Positions 19,253 through 29,000 of a stretch of 64,000 nucleotides of DNA are shown piece after piece. The notes below the pieces were generated by a model. That model was not told the origin of the DNA. It did no database searches and saw only the letters and a list, made by a program, of their open reading frames with translations. Position 1 is the stretch's first letter. The number at the start of each line of letters is the position of its first letter. The translations under genes were made by a program, and so were the position numbers. The DNA comes from a bacterium (GTDB taxonomy: Bacteria > UBA8248): positions 2,592,001 to 2,656,000 of the forward strand of contig OZ244799.1 of the NCBI GenBank assembly GCA_965219955.1. The letters run 5' to 3'.

Positions 19253-21103
19253 CTAGTTTCTCGCGCCGAACGCGCCGGCCGCGACGCCGTTCCCGAAGCC
19301 GGCGTTGAACTCGCCCACCACGGTGTGCGGCTTTTCATCATTGTCATCACCCGTCGGGCCGTGGAAGGTGGCGCTGAAGCTGCCGTCGTCACTCGGGTGA
19401 CCGCCCTTCGCCGTGCCGGACGCGGTTGCATTGGACTCATCAATGTCACCGCTCAAAACCACTTCCCAGTTGTTCTCCTCACCGCCGGAGAGCTGGAAGT
19501 TGCTGATTGTCCCGGTCAGGGTGTTCAACTGACTCGGCGCGATGGTGCCCGTAGTGTCGGTGTCCGAAACAGGAACCTGACTGAAGGTCGCCGTCAAACT
19601 CACGGCCGCCGTGAAGTGGCCCGAAGTGGCCGCATCGACACTGCCGTCCGTCGTTTTGTAGGTTTCGTGCACGTATACGCCCACGGCGTCGCCGTTGTAT
19701 TCCGCGGTGCCCAGCACACTGGTAAGGCTTGAGGCTGTGGCGGGAACAGAAGAACCCGTGAAGGTCTGGACCGCGTTGTAGGTGACCGCGCCCTCAGAGT
19801 CCGTCGTCTTCATGATCCACACGCCGAAGTGCTTGAAGTCGGCATCCGAAACGTCGGAGGTCGCGCCCTCGGCGGGAGTGAATGCCCAACCCGCGCTCAT
19901 GGCTGTTATCGCGCCTTTATCACTGACCGTGACCGTGCAATCGGCGCTGGCGCTTGCACACCGGTACGTGCCCATCGCGCCGTTGTAGGTGCCCGCGGTT
20001 TCAAACGCCTTAATCGTCTGGTTTCCGTCGGTGCCCGCGTCGCTGTCCAGCTGGAACCTGGCGAAAGTGTGAACAGTGGACGAACCGCTGCCGGCGGCAA
20101 AGGCAGACGACCTGACCAGCTTTAGCGTGTCCCCCGTCGGAACCGTGGTGAGATCGTTGTCACTTGTACCACCGACCGAGAGAGCGGTCAGGTCGTTGTT
20201 AGCGGTGCCGTCGTTATCGGCGTCCTCGCTAAGCTCTAAGTCAACGTTCAGCGCCTGACCCGCCACCTTCGCGAACGCCGTCGCCTTCGGCGCCTCGATG
20301 TCGGTGCCGATGATCACGACTTCTTCTTCCACGTTGCCGTCGTCATCCGCTTCCATCGTGCGCGTGTGCATGCTGAAGGCGTTCTTGCCGCCGCCCAGAT
20401 CCATGGCGTGCATGAACTCGGGGTCGTCGTCACCTGCGCCCGGGACGGTAATCTCGATTTCCGTACCGTCTCGGTCGCGTGAGATGCCGATACCATAGTT
20501 ATTAGTAATCGTTGTAGCATCATCGAAGGGCGCTGCCGCGCTTGTAGCCTCCGCCGCGATGGCCGCTCTCTTCGAGGTGGCCGATTTCGTCACGGCCGCC
20601 GTCGCCGCCGCATCCGCCGCAGCTTGGGCCGCCATGCCCGACGCCGTCCGGGCATTCGCCAGCGCCGCTTCCGCATCGGCCTGCTGGCTTTCCGCTACGT
20701 CAGCGAGAGCCGACGCCGCATCCTGGCTCGACGCGTCTTGCGCCGCATTGCTCGCAGCCTCGGCTGCCGCGGCCGCCTCATTCGCCGCAGCTATCGCCGC
20801 AGCCGTTGCATCGTCATCCGCGTGGTCCAGCCCCGCAGCAGCCATAGCCGCCGCGCGCGCCGCGGTCGCCGCATCAGACGCTCTCTTTTTCGTCGCAGCC
20901 AGCTGTTCCGCCGCGAGATCAGCGGCCGACGTGCACGTTCCGTCTGCGTTATAGCGCCCACCGTCCGCCTCGCACATCTCTTGGGGTGTAGGAGTTGGTG
21001 CCGGCTCTTCTGCTGCAGTCCCACCACCGCCACCGCCGCAGCCCGCCAAACCAAGGGCAGCAACCAAGAGCGCCACCATGGTAAAGCTTCTCCATTTTTG
21101 CAT
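19253..21103 (-). CDS. surface lipoprotein, Ala-rich coiled coil + TbpB-like C-terminal barrel (copy 1)
   Basis: LAGC lipobox, poly-Gly, GEFNAGFGNGVAAGAFGARN end. Confidence 0.85.
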   Translation of the reverse strand: MQKWRSFTMVALLVAALGLAGCGGGGGGTAAEEPAPTPTPQEMCEADGGRYNADGTCTSAADLAAEQLAATKKRASDAATAARAAAMAAAGLDHADDDATAAAIAAANEAAAAAEAASNAAQDASSQDAASALADVAESQQADAEAALANARTASGMAAQAAADAAATAAVTKSATSKRAAIAAEATSAAAPFDDATTITNNYGIGISRDRDGTEIEITVPGAGDDDPEFMHAMDLGGGKNAFSMHTRTMEADDDGNVEEEVVIIGTDIEAPKATAFAKVAGQALNVDLELSEDADNDGTANNDLTALSVGGTSDNDLTTVPTGDTLKLVRSSAFAAGSGSSTVHTFARFQLDSDAGTDGNQTIKAFETAGTYNGAMGTYRCASASADCTVTVSDKGAITAMSAGWAFTPAEGATSDVSDADFKHFGVWIMKTTDSEGAVTYNAVQTFTGSSVPATASSLTSVLGTAEYNGDAVGVYVHETYKTTDGSVDAATSGHFTAAVSLTATFSQVPVSDTDTTGTIAPSQLNTLTGTISNFQLSGGEENNWEVVLSGDIDESNATASGTAKGGHPSDDGSFSATFHGPTGDDNDEKPHTVVGEFNAGFGNGVAAGAFGARN

Positions 21104-21280
21104 TACAATTCCTTCAGATATATTCTTTTTGTGCTAGGAAATGTTATGCTTGTATTCCTTTAATAAACATGCAGTTACAAGCTGTTGCGATATATCGTAT
21201 TTTTGGTCGGCGCGCCTCGTGTATCTGCCGAATCGCTCTCTTACTTGTACGGTTCCGCTAGCGTTGGAAACTTCCTTGCA

Positions 21281-21610
21281 TCAATCCTCGCTTGGCACCC
21301 GCAACCAGCCTGCAATGTCGCGCGCCCCATGCAGGATACGCCAGACGTCAATCTCGGTTTCCCTCTCGACATAGAAGACAAGATACGGATACTTCTCTAC
21401 GGTACGGAAGCGCAGGCCGGTGAGGTTGAGCTCATGCGCATAGCGGGGCGAACCCGCCTCCGGTCGTTCACTGATATGGCGGATGGCATCTTCGAGCGCG
21501 TCAATGAAGGTCAGCGCAACTGCTTCTCCCGACTCGGCCAGATAATGCTCGACTGCCTCTTCCACATCGCGCTGCGCACGCTCGCGAAGGACAACCTGTT
21601 TGCCGCTCAC
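21281..21610 (-). CDS. parE: RelE/ParE family toxin
   Basis: AQRDVEEAVEHY, PEAGSPRY, YPYLVFY, WRILHGARDI. Confidence 0.85.
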   Translation of the reverse strand: MSGKQVVLRERAQRDVEEAVEHYLAESGEAVALTFIDALEDAIRHISERPEAGSPRYAHELNLTGLRFRTVEKYPYLVFYVERETEIDVWRILHGARDIAGWLRVPSED

Positions 21611-21846
21611 TGCGCAGGTGTTTGGCGAACCAGGCTGCGGAGCTGGTTGAAGTAGTCCTCATCGGCGGTATTTGCCGGTGGAGATGAAGCACCTTCGAGA
21701 AGCAGACCGCGCAGATATTGGCAATCCCGGTCCTTGCGGATCAATTCGCGTACATACTCGCTCGAAGTGCTGTAGCCGCGTGCGCTGACTTGATCGTCAA
21801 CGAAGGATTTCAGTGTCTCCGGCAATGATATGTTCATCGTATTCAT
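21607..21846 (-). CDS. parD: ParD-like RHH antitoxin
   Basis: MNISLPETLKSFVDDQVSARGYSTSSEYVRELIR; overlaps the toxin start. Confidence 0.85.
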   Translation of the reverse strand: MNTMNISLPETLKSFVDDQVSARGYSTSSEYVRELIRKDRDCQYLRGLLLEGASSPPANTADEDYFNQLRSLVRQTPAQ

Positions 21847-21963
21847 GGTTGAATTCTGCCAGTATTGGCAAATTTTGTCAAGAATCCATATTAAACGATT
21901 AAACGAACGAGAAACGAGTTCAAGATGCGCTCCTTGGTGATAAAGCAACTAAGTAAAGGGTAT

Positions 21964-22041
21964 CCTACCTTCCTCGGCCCGCCGACGGATGACGCTTAAC
22001 CGCCCATCGTGGCCAGCGCGTTCGGTGCGAGAAAGCAATGA
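21964..22041 (+). pseudogene. 3'-end remnant of a TbpB-barrel lipoprotein gene
   Basis: reads PTFLGPPTDDA*PPIVASAFGARKQ*, like ATFHGPTGDD...AGAFGARN*. Confidence 0.5.
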
Positions 22042-22138
22042 AGTTCCACTGGAGCAAGGCGCCTTCGGCCCTAGGGCTTGACAGCGCCGTGGCGAAGTTT
22101 GTATGAGAAAAAAGTGGAGGTTCCCTGAAAATAGCTTC

Positions 22139-22244
22139 GGGGGTTGCTCATTGGTTGCTCCACATCGTCGGGAGCAAATCGTACCGACTCGCGTTACAGA
22201 GTTTGAGTCCTCTCGGCGCGGGAAGGGAGCAATGAGTGACCCCC
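22139..22244 (+). ncRNA. three-way-junction RNA motif (diverged copy)
   Basis: P1 ggggttgctcattg/caatgagtgacccc with compensatory changes; tttgagtc loop. Confidence 0.55.
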
Positions 22245-22736
22245 ACTTCAGGCTCACGGCCTGAGTCTTGTAGTCCCCCGGAAGTATGGCTCGAGAGGGC
22301 GGCCCCCGAAACGCCGTCTGCGCACCCGTGGCTGTACAACTCCGTGAAAGCCTCCTGCTCCTGAGTCTGAAGGCAGGTATCTCCCAACCCCGCTTCTTGA
22401 GCAGCCCCCCATCGGTCGATGAGCGATTCTGGATTGTATGCGTGCGCCGCCAATGAGCGGAGAATTTATCGGCTTCGGCCTTGCGTGAAAACGGTGCGCC
22501 GGATCCGCCGCGCTTCTCCGGGGGCCGTAGTCACGACGTGAAGGAAACGACTCCCCGGGTCGTGATGCCGTTCGTTCAAGACTCGTTAAAGAGGTTCGCG
22601 TGAGAGGCTGGCGACTATATGAGGCGGCTCCCCTTCGAGCGCGCTGGAACAGCGTCATCGAATCACAAGCGAATCGACTGAAACCCCCGCGCCGACTCCG
22701 GGGTCTTGTCCGCACATCCTGATTGGCTGCCCGCCG

Positions 22737-22997
22737 CTAGTCGGCTCTGCGGGCAACGAGGTCCAGGGTTCTCGGCTGGTCGCAGCGGACGATACCGGTT
22801 GTTCGGGTGCCCGCGAGAGAAACCGCGAAGCCCGCCCTGCGCGCAATGTCGCCGTCCGGTGCGACCGGCAAGACCACGGGCGTCCCGGTGAGCCTGTTGA
22901 ACGCGTCGGGGGATACGATCAGTACCGGACGGGCACCCTGTCGTTCATGGCCTGCGGCGGGGTCGAGACCGACGAGCCAGATTTTCTCCCGCTTCAC
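22737..22997 (-). pseudogene. PemK/MazF family toxin, C-terminally truncated
   Basis: LDPAAGHERQGARPVLIVSPDAFN...CDQPRTLD; stops at 86 aa. Confidence 0.75.
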
Positions 22998-23254
22998 TAC
23001 AACAACTCGCTGCCGACCGGACCGGCCTCAACCCAGGCGCGGTCCCCGGCGAGCTGCGCAGCGGTCCCGACGCATTGCGCCAGAAGCTCATCGAGTGAAT
23101 AGGCGGGACGTGTCTTGGGCGCAACGATCAGGCGACCGTCCTCCACGGCGACGTCCACCTTCGCTCCGGCCCGGAGTTTCAGTAGGTCCAGAAGGTCGGG
23201 GGGAGCGGCGAGCATGATGGAACCACCGACCTTGCGGAGATTCGTCGTATGCAT
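22997..23254 (-). CDS. AbrB/MazE/PemI family antitoxin
   Basis: MHTTNLRKVGGSIML...YSLDELLAQC...PVGSELL. Confidence 0.85.
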   Translation of the reverse strand: MHTTNLRKVGGSIMLAAPPDLLDLLKLRAGAKVDVAVEDGRLIVAPKTRPAYSLDELLAQCVGTAAQLAGDRAWVEAGPVGSELL

Positions 23255-23795
23255 GGCACCCTCCGGATGATACATAAATACAACATACCGAGGCCGGCAA
23301 TGCAATTTGGAGACATTCCTGAACCGGGTTTCGGGATGGTGCGCGTCCCGGTTCTACGAAACCGAAGAAAAGAAGAGCCGGTGGAACCGATGAGCTACAA
23401 TCCTGCGCAATGCGCGAGACAGCGACAGCACTCCTCGGGCAGCAGCGTGGCGCTATACTTCCCAGTGGTGTTGTGATCGGCGAAAGTTCTTTTAGAATAT
23501 GATCCTGCCTCCTTTTGTGAGAGGAGACACGATCACGAGGAGCGTTCACGCCGCCCCGGGCTGCTGAAAAATCCCTGTCCGGAGAGCCTGTATATGAATC
23601 TATATCGCCGTGTCGACGAAGTGATGACGGAAGGCGTGGCGCCAGAGAACGATCGAGGGACGGCGACGCCGCCCGGGGGTTTTGTCCCGGCTCTTGTTTC
23701 CCGGCGGTTGCACCCAGCGGGAAGGGCGGGTAGAATCACCGAACATACGGCTTGACTTTGATGCCTCGTTATGCAAGATTTTGTCGTAATATCTA

Positions 23796-23824
23796 TTGAC
23801 TCGTAGAGTCGGATGCCGTAATAA
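23796..23824 (+). promoter_or_regulatory. candidate sigma70 promoter for the lipoprotein copy 2
   Basis: TTGACT-17 nt-TAATAA in an AT-rich intergenic region. Confidence 0.35.
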
Positions 23825-24043
23825 AGACTTTAATCATCTGGACTTCGCCCGAACCTTTACGATAAAGTAAACAATAATGAACTATCAGGGTATACAACGG
23901 GAGGAGGACATAACGAAAGATTCAGCAAAATGAAGCGGAACAGAAAACGAAGGAATACGGGAAGAATCTCAAGATAGAAAAAAGGAATAATCTACATCGC
24001 CCGCTGTGGGCAATCCAACAAGTAATTTTAGGGAGGAATTGTA

Positions 24044-25894
24044 ATGCAAAAATGGAGAAGCTTTACCATGGTGGCGCTCTTGGTTGCTGCCCTTGGTTTG
24101 GCGGGCTGCGGCGGTGGCGGTGGTGGGACTGCAGCAGAAGAGCCGGCACCAACTCCTACACCCCAAGAGATGTGCGAGGCGGACGGTGGGCGCTATAACG
24201 CAGACGGAACGTGCACGTCGGCCGCTGATCTCGCGGCGGAACAGCTGGCTGCGACGAAAAAGAGAGCGTCTGATGCGGCGACCGCGGCGCGCGCGGCGGC
24301 TATGGCTGCTGCGGGGCTGGACCACGCGGATGACGATGCAACGGCTGCGGCGATAGCTGCGGCGAATGAGGCGGCCGCGGCAGCCGAGGCTGCGAGCAAT
24401 GCGGCGCAAGACGCGTCGAGCCAGGATGCGGCGTCGGCTCTCGCTGACGTAGCGGAAAGCCAGCAGGCCGATGCGGAAGCGGCGCTGGCGAATGCCCGGA
24501 CGGCGTCGGGCATGGCGGCCCAAGCTGCGGCGGATGCGGCGGCGACGGCGGCCGTGACGAAATCGGCCACCTCGAAGAGAGCGGCCATCGCGGCGGAGGC
24601 TACAAGCGCGGCAGCGCCCTTCGATGATGCTACAACGATTACTAATAACTATGGTATCGGCATCTCACGCGACCGAGACGGTACGGAAATCGAGATTACC
24701 GTCCCGGGCGCAGGTGACGACGACCCCGAGTTCATGCACGCCATGGATCTGGGCGGCGGCAAGAACGCCTTCAGCATGCACACGCGCACGATGGAAGCGG
24801 ATGACGACGGCAACGTGGAAGAAGAAGTCGTGATCATCGGCACCGACATCGAGGCGCCGAAGGCGACGGCGTTCGCGAAGGTGGCGGGTCAGGCGCTGAA
24901 CGTTGACTTAGAGCTTAGCGAGGACGCCGATAACGACGGCACCGCTAACAACGACCTGACCGCTCTCTCGGTCGGTGGTACAAGTGACAACGATCTCACC
25001 ACGGTTCCGACGGGGGACACGCTAAAGCTGGTCAGGTCGTCTGCCTTTGCCGCCGGCAGCGGTTCGTCCACTGTTCACACTTTCGCCAGGTTCCAGCTGG
25101 ACAGCGACGCGGGCACCGACGGAAACCAGACGATTAAGGCGTTTGAAACCGCGGGCACCTACAACGGCGCGATGGGCACGTACCGGTGTGCAAGCGCCAG
25201 CGCCGATTGCACGGTCACGGTCAGTGATAAAGGCGCGATAACAGCCATGAGCGCGGGTTGGGCATTCACTCCCGCCGAGGGCGCGACCTCCGACGTTTCG
25301 GATGCCGACTTCAAGCACTTCGGCGTGTGGATCATGAAGACGACGGACTCTGAGGGCGCGGTCACCTACAACGCGGTCCAGACCTTCACGGGTTCTTCTG
25401 TTCCCGCCACAGCCTCAAGCCTTACCAGTGTGCTGGGCACCGCGGAATACAACGGCGACGCCGTGGGCGTATACGTGCACGAAACCTACAAAACGACGGA
25501 CGGCAGTGTCGATGCGGCCACTTCGGGCCACTTCACGGCGGCCGTGAGTTTGACGGCGACCTTCAGTCAGGTTCCTGTTTCGGACACCGACACTACGGGC
25601 ACCATCGCGCCGAGTCAGTTGAACACCCTGACCGGGACAATCAGCAACTTCCAGCTCTCCGGCGGTGAGGAGAACAACTGGGAAGTGGTTTTGAGCGGTG
25701 ACATTGATGAGTCCAATGCAACCGCGTCCGGCACGGCGAAGGGCGGTCACCCGAGTGACGACGGCAGCTTCAGCGCCACCTTCCACGGCCCGACGGGTGA
25801 TGACAATGATGAAAAGCCGCACACCGTGGTGGGCGAGTTCAACGCCGGCTTCGGGAACGGCGTCGCGGCCGGCGCGTTCGGCGCGAGAAACTAG
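24044..25894 (+). CDS. surface lipoprotein, Ala-rich coiled coil + TbpB-like barrel (copy 2)
   Basis: identical 616-aa protein to 19253-21103. Confidence 0.85.
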   Translation: MQKWRSFTMVALLVAALGLAGCGGGGGGTAAEEPAPTPTPQEMCEADGGRYNADGTCTSAADLAAEQLAATKKRASDAATAARAAAMAAAGLDHADDDATAAAIAAANEAAAAAEAASNAAQDASSQDAASALADVAESQQADAEAALANARTASGMAAQAAADAAATAAVTKSATSKRAAIAAEATSAAAPFDDATTITNNYGIGISRDRDGTEIEITVPGAGDDDPEFMHAMDLGGGKNAFSMHTRTMEADDDGNVEEEVVIIGTDIEAPKATAFAKVAGQALNVDLELSEDADNDGTANNDLTALSVGGTSDNDLTTVPTGDTLKLVRSSAFAAGSGSSTVHTFARFQLDSDAGTDGNQTIKAFETAGTYNGAMGTYRCASASADCTVTVSDKGAITAMSAGWAFTPAEGATSDVSDADFKHFGVWIMKTTDSEGAVTYNAVQTFTGSSVPATASSLTSVLGTAEYNGDAVGVYVHETYKTTDGSVDAATSGHFTAAVSLTATFSQVPVSDTDTTGTIAPSQLNTLTGTISNFQLSGGEENNWEVVLSGDIDESNATASGTAKGGHPSDDGSFSATFHGPTGDDNDEKPHTVVGEFNAGFGNGVAAGAFGARN

Positions 25895-25911
25895 GAAAAG
25901 AGAGCGAAATC

Positions 25912-26014
25912 GGGGTTGTCCGCTGGTGCTTCCCTCGTGATGGAGCAAAGCGTACCGTTCCCGGCCTGAGAGTTTGAGTCCTCCGGGTCGGGAACGGGAG
26001 CAGCGGGCAGCCCC
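25912..26014 (+). ncRNA. three-way-junction RNA motif
   Basis: P1 ggggttgtccgctg/cagcgggcagcccc, P2 tgcttc/ggagca, long P3 with tttgagtc loop; G-U pairs favour the + strand. Confidence 0.55.
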
Positions 26015-26060
26015 GTTTCCTTGACATGAGACATTGTCCGTCCTCAACAACCCCTCTTCA

Positions 26061-29000
26061 ATGATGAATCCTCTCGACAAACCCTGCCCGGGTATCGCTT
26101 GCTCTTCGCGCCGCGCCCCTGGCGTCGCCATAGCGGTACTTCTCTTTATCGCCACCCTCTCTTGCCTGATGCCGCAAACGGCGTCGGCGCAGGATAGCGC
26201 CACCTACACCTTCACCTTCGAGGGCAACTGGAACCTGCGGAGCGCGCCCAAGGGGGTTCCGTCCAACGCGTATTTCACGGCGATCATCTGGCGCACTCAC
26301 GACAGCGGGATCACCTACTGGAAGCCGGGCGGCATGGCGAGCAGGGGCGTGGAGGTGGTCGCGGAAGACGGCGCCACTCATATTTTCGCCGATGAAACCA
26401 TCGCCGAAGGGGCAAGGGACCACCTGGGAACTGGCGATGTGTTCGGTGTGCCGAGAGGCGGTAATACGAGGGGGAGCACGAAAATCCGTTTCCGGAGCAA
26501 GAAATACCCCCGTCTCACCTTCCTGTCGATGCTCGGCCCCACACCGGACTGGTTCGTGGGCGTCTCGGGCATCTCGCTGCTGGATTCGAAAGGCAACTGG
26601 GTCCGTTCGAAAACCATGAGTCTGTATGCTTACGACGCCGGCACCGAGGAGGGGAGCGAGTATACGCAGAACAACCCCGCTTCGAACCCTCACGTGCCGA
26701 TATTCAGCCTCAAGGGCAAAGGCAAGTTTTCGGGTTCGAGCGTTCCGGTGGCGAGGATCAGACTCGAACTAGACGTTCCGCCGAACCCGGTAAACCTCAA
26801 GGTGGGCGGGAAAACCGCCGCCGTCATCGGCGAAGGCGGCGCACTCGATATCACGGCGGCGCTGAACAGCGTCAACGACTCGGGTGGTGCTCTCGCCATT
26901 CCCATCCGGGTACGAAGCAATGGCTCCACCGCCGGGAGCAATGACTACACGCTGGGCGCGGCTTCTGTCGCCATCGCCGACAACGCACGCACCGGTACGG
27001 TGAAGTTTACGGCGAACGATGACGGCGCCGATGAACCGCCGGAGAAGGTGATTGTGGAACTGGGCAGTTCCTTGCCGAAAGGCGTCACGGCCGGGTCCGG
27101 CAATACGGTGACGATCACCATCGCCGACGACGACGCCACGGTGGTGAGTCTCGCGCGAACCGATTCGGGCGCTATCGCCGAGGGAGGGACGGGCGCGAGG
27201 GAAAACGCCGAATTCACGGTAAGCCTGGGCCGTGCGCTGGCCGCCGGAGAGCGCATAGACGTTCCGCTGGTATTCTCCGGCGCGGGCATCACCTCGGCCG
27301 ACCTCGAGGCACTGGCATTGAAGTCCGGCAGCCACCTCAACACGGGCGTTACGCTTTCCGGGGCCGGGACGCTCACGCCCGTGATCCGCTTTCAGGGCGC
27401 GAACGCCCGGACCGCCACACTGGAACTGACGCCAGCCGACGATGACGAGGTGGAGGGCAACGAGAGCCTGCGTGTCGCCCTCGGCCCGGACGGGAGCGGG
27501 ACGAACGGGTTTGACCGCAGCGCCCTCGGCACGAACGTCGGCGGCGGATCGGACCCTCACAAAACCAGCAATTCCTTCAATCTGATACTTGAATCGGATG
27601 ACGATCCACCACCTTCGACGCCTGTTGTGAGCATAGCGGGCGGCAGCGCCGTCACCGAGGGCGGCACGGCGACCTTCACACTGAGTGCGTCTCCCAAGCC
27701 CCCGGCTGGTATTACCGTGAGGGTGACGGTCACCGACAGCGGCGCGTTCGCCGGGAGCGGTCAGTCGGGTACGAGGACGCTCGCCATGGGAACGGGCGGC
27801 ACGGCCGTCCTCACGGTCACGACGCTCAACGACGAAATCGACGAGGAGAACGGCTCGATCACGGCGACGGTCGCTGCGGGCGATGGGTATTCACCATCAA
27901 ATACCAAAGGCACGGCGACGGTCGCGGTGAGCGACGACGACTTGCCGCTGCCTGTGGCGTCGTTCTCCTCCTCCTCGCAAAGCGCTGGGGAGAACGCGGG
28001 AACGCGCAACGTGAGGGTGAACCTGTCCCGGACCCCGGCTTCGGGCTTCACGCTGAACTATTCGGTAAAGGGTACGGCAGTCTCGGGCGTGGACTACACG
28101 GCGCTTCCGGGCAGCGTTTCGGTGTCATCGGGTGCGGCGAGTGTGGATATTCCGGTGAAAATCACCGACGACGGAGCGGACGAGGGTAGCGAGACGGTTT
28201 TGCTGACACTCACCGCGGGCGAGGGCTACGAGGTGGGGAGCACGAACGTCCACACACTGACCATCGAAGACAATGACGATCCACCACCTTCGACGCCTGT
28301 TGTGAGCATAGCGGGCGGCAGCGCCGTCACCGAGGGCGGCACGGCGACCTTCACACTGAGTGCGTCTCCCAAGCCCCCGGCTGGTATTACCGTGAGGGTG
28401 ACGGTCACCGACAGCGGCGCGTTCGCCGGGAGCGGTCAGTCGGGTACGAGGACGCTCGCCATGGGAACGGGCGGCACGGCCGTCCTCACGGTCACGACGC
28501 TCAACGACGAAATCGACGAGGAGAACGGCTCGATCACGGCGACGGTCGCTGCGGGCGATGGGTATTCACCATCAAATACCAAAGGCACGGCGACGGTCGC
28601 GGTGAGCGACGACGACTTGCCGCTGCCTGTGGCGTCGTTCTCCTCCTCCTCGCAAAGCGCTGGGGAGAACGCGGGAACGCGCAACGTGAGGGTGAACCTG
28701 TCCCGGACCCCGGCTTCGGGCTTCACGCTGAACTATTCGGTAAAGGGTACGGCAGTCTCGGGCGTGGACTACACGGCGCTTCCGGGCAGCGTTTCGGTGT
28801 CATCGGGTGCGGCGAGTGTGGATATTCCGGTGAAAATCACCGACGACGGAACGGACGAGGGTAGCGAGACGGTTTTGCTGACACTCACCGCGGGCGAGGG
28901 CTACGAGGTGGGGAGCACGAACGTCCACACACTGACCATCGAAGACAATGACGATCCACCACCTTCGACGCCTGTTGTGAGCATAGCGGGCGGCAGCGCC

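Larger units (their letters stand above)
19133..21113 (-). repeat. 1981-bp inverted repeat, left copy
   Basis: reverse complement of 24034-26014; identical translations. Confidence 0.95.
24034..26014 (+). repeat. 1981-bp inverted repeat, right copy
   Basis: reverse complement of 19133-21113. Confidence 0.95.

Noticed and set aside
22195-22215. tRNA T-arm or attB remnant (gagtttgagtcctc)
   Set aside because: No cloverleaf or CCA. The sequence is the loop of the three-way-junction motif.
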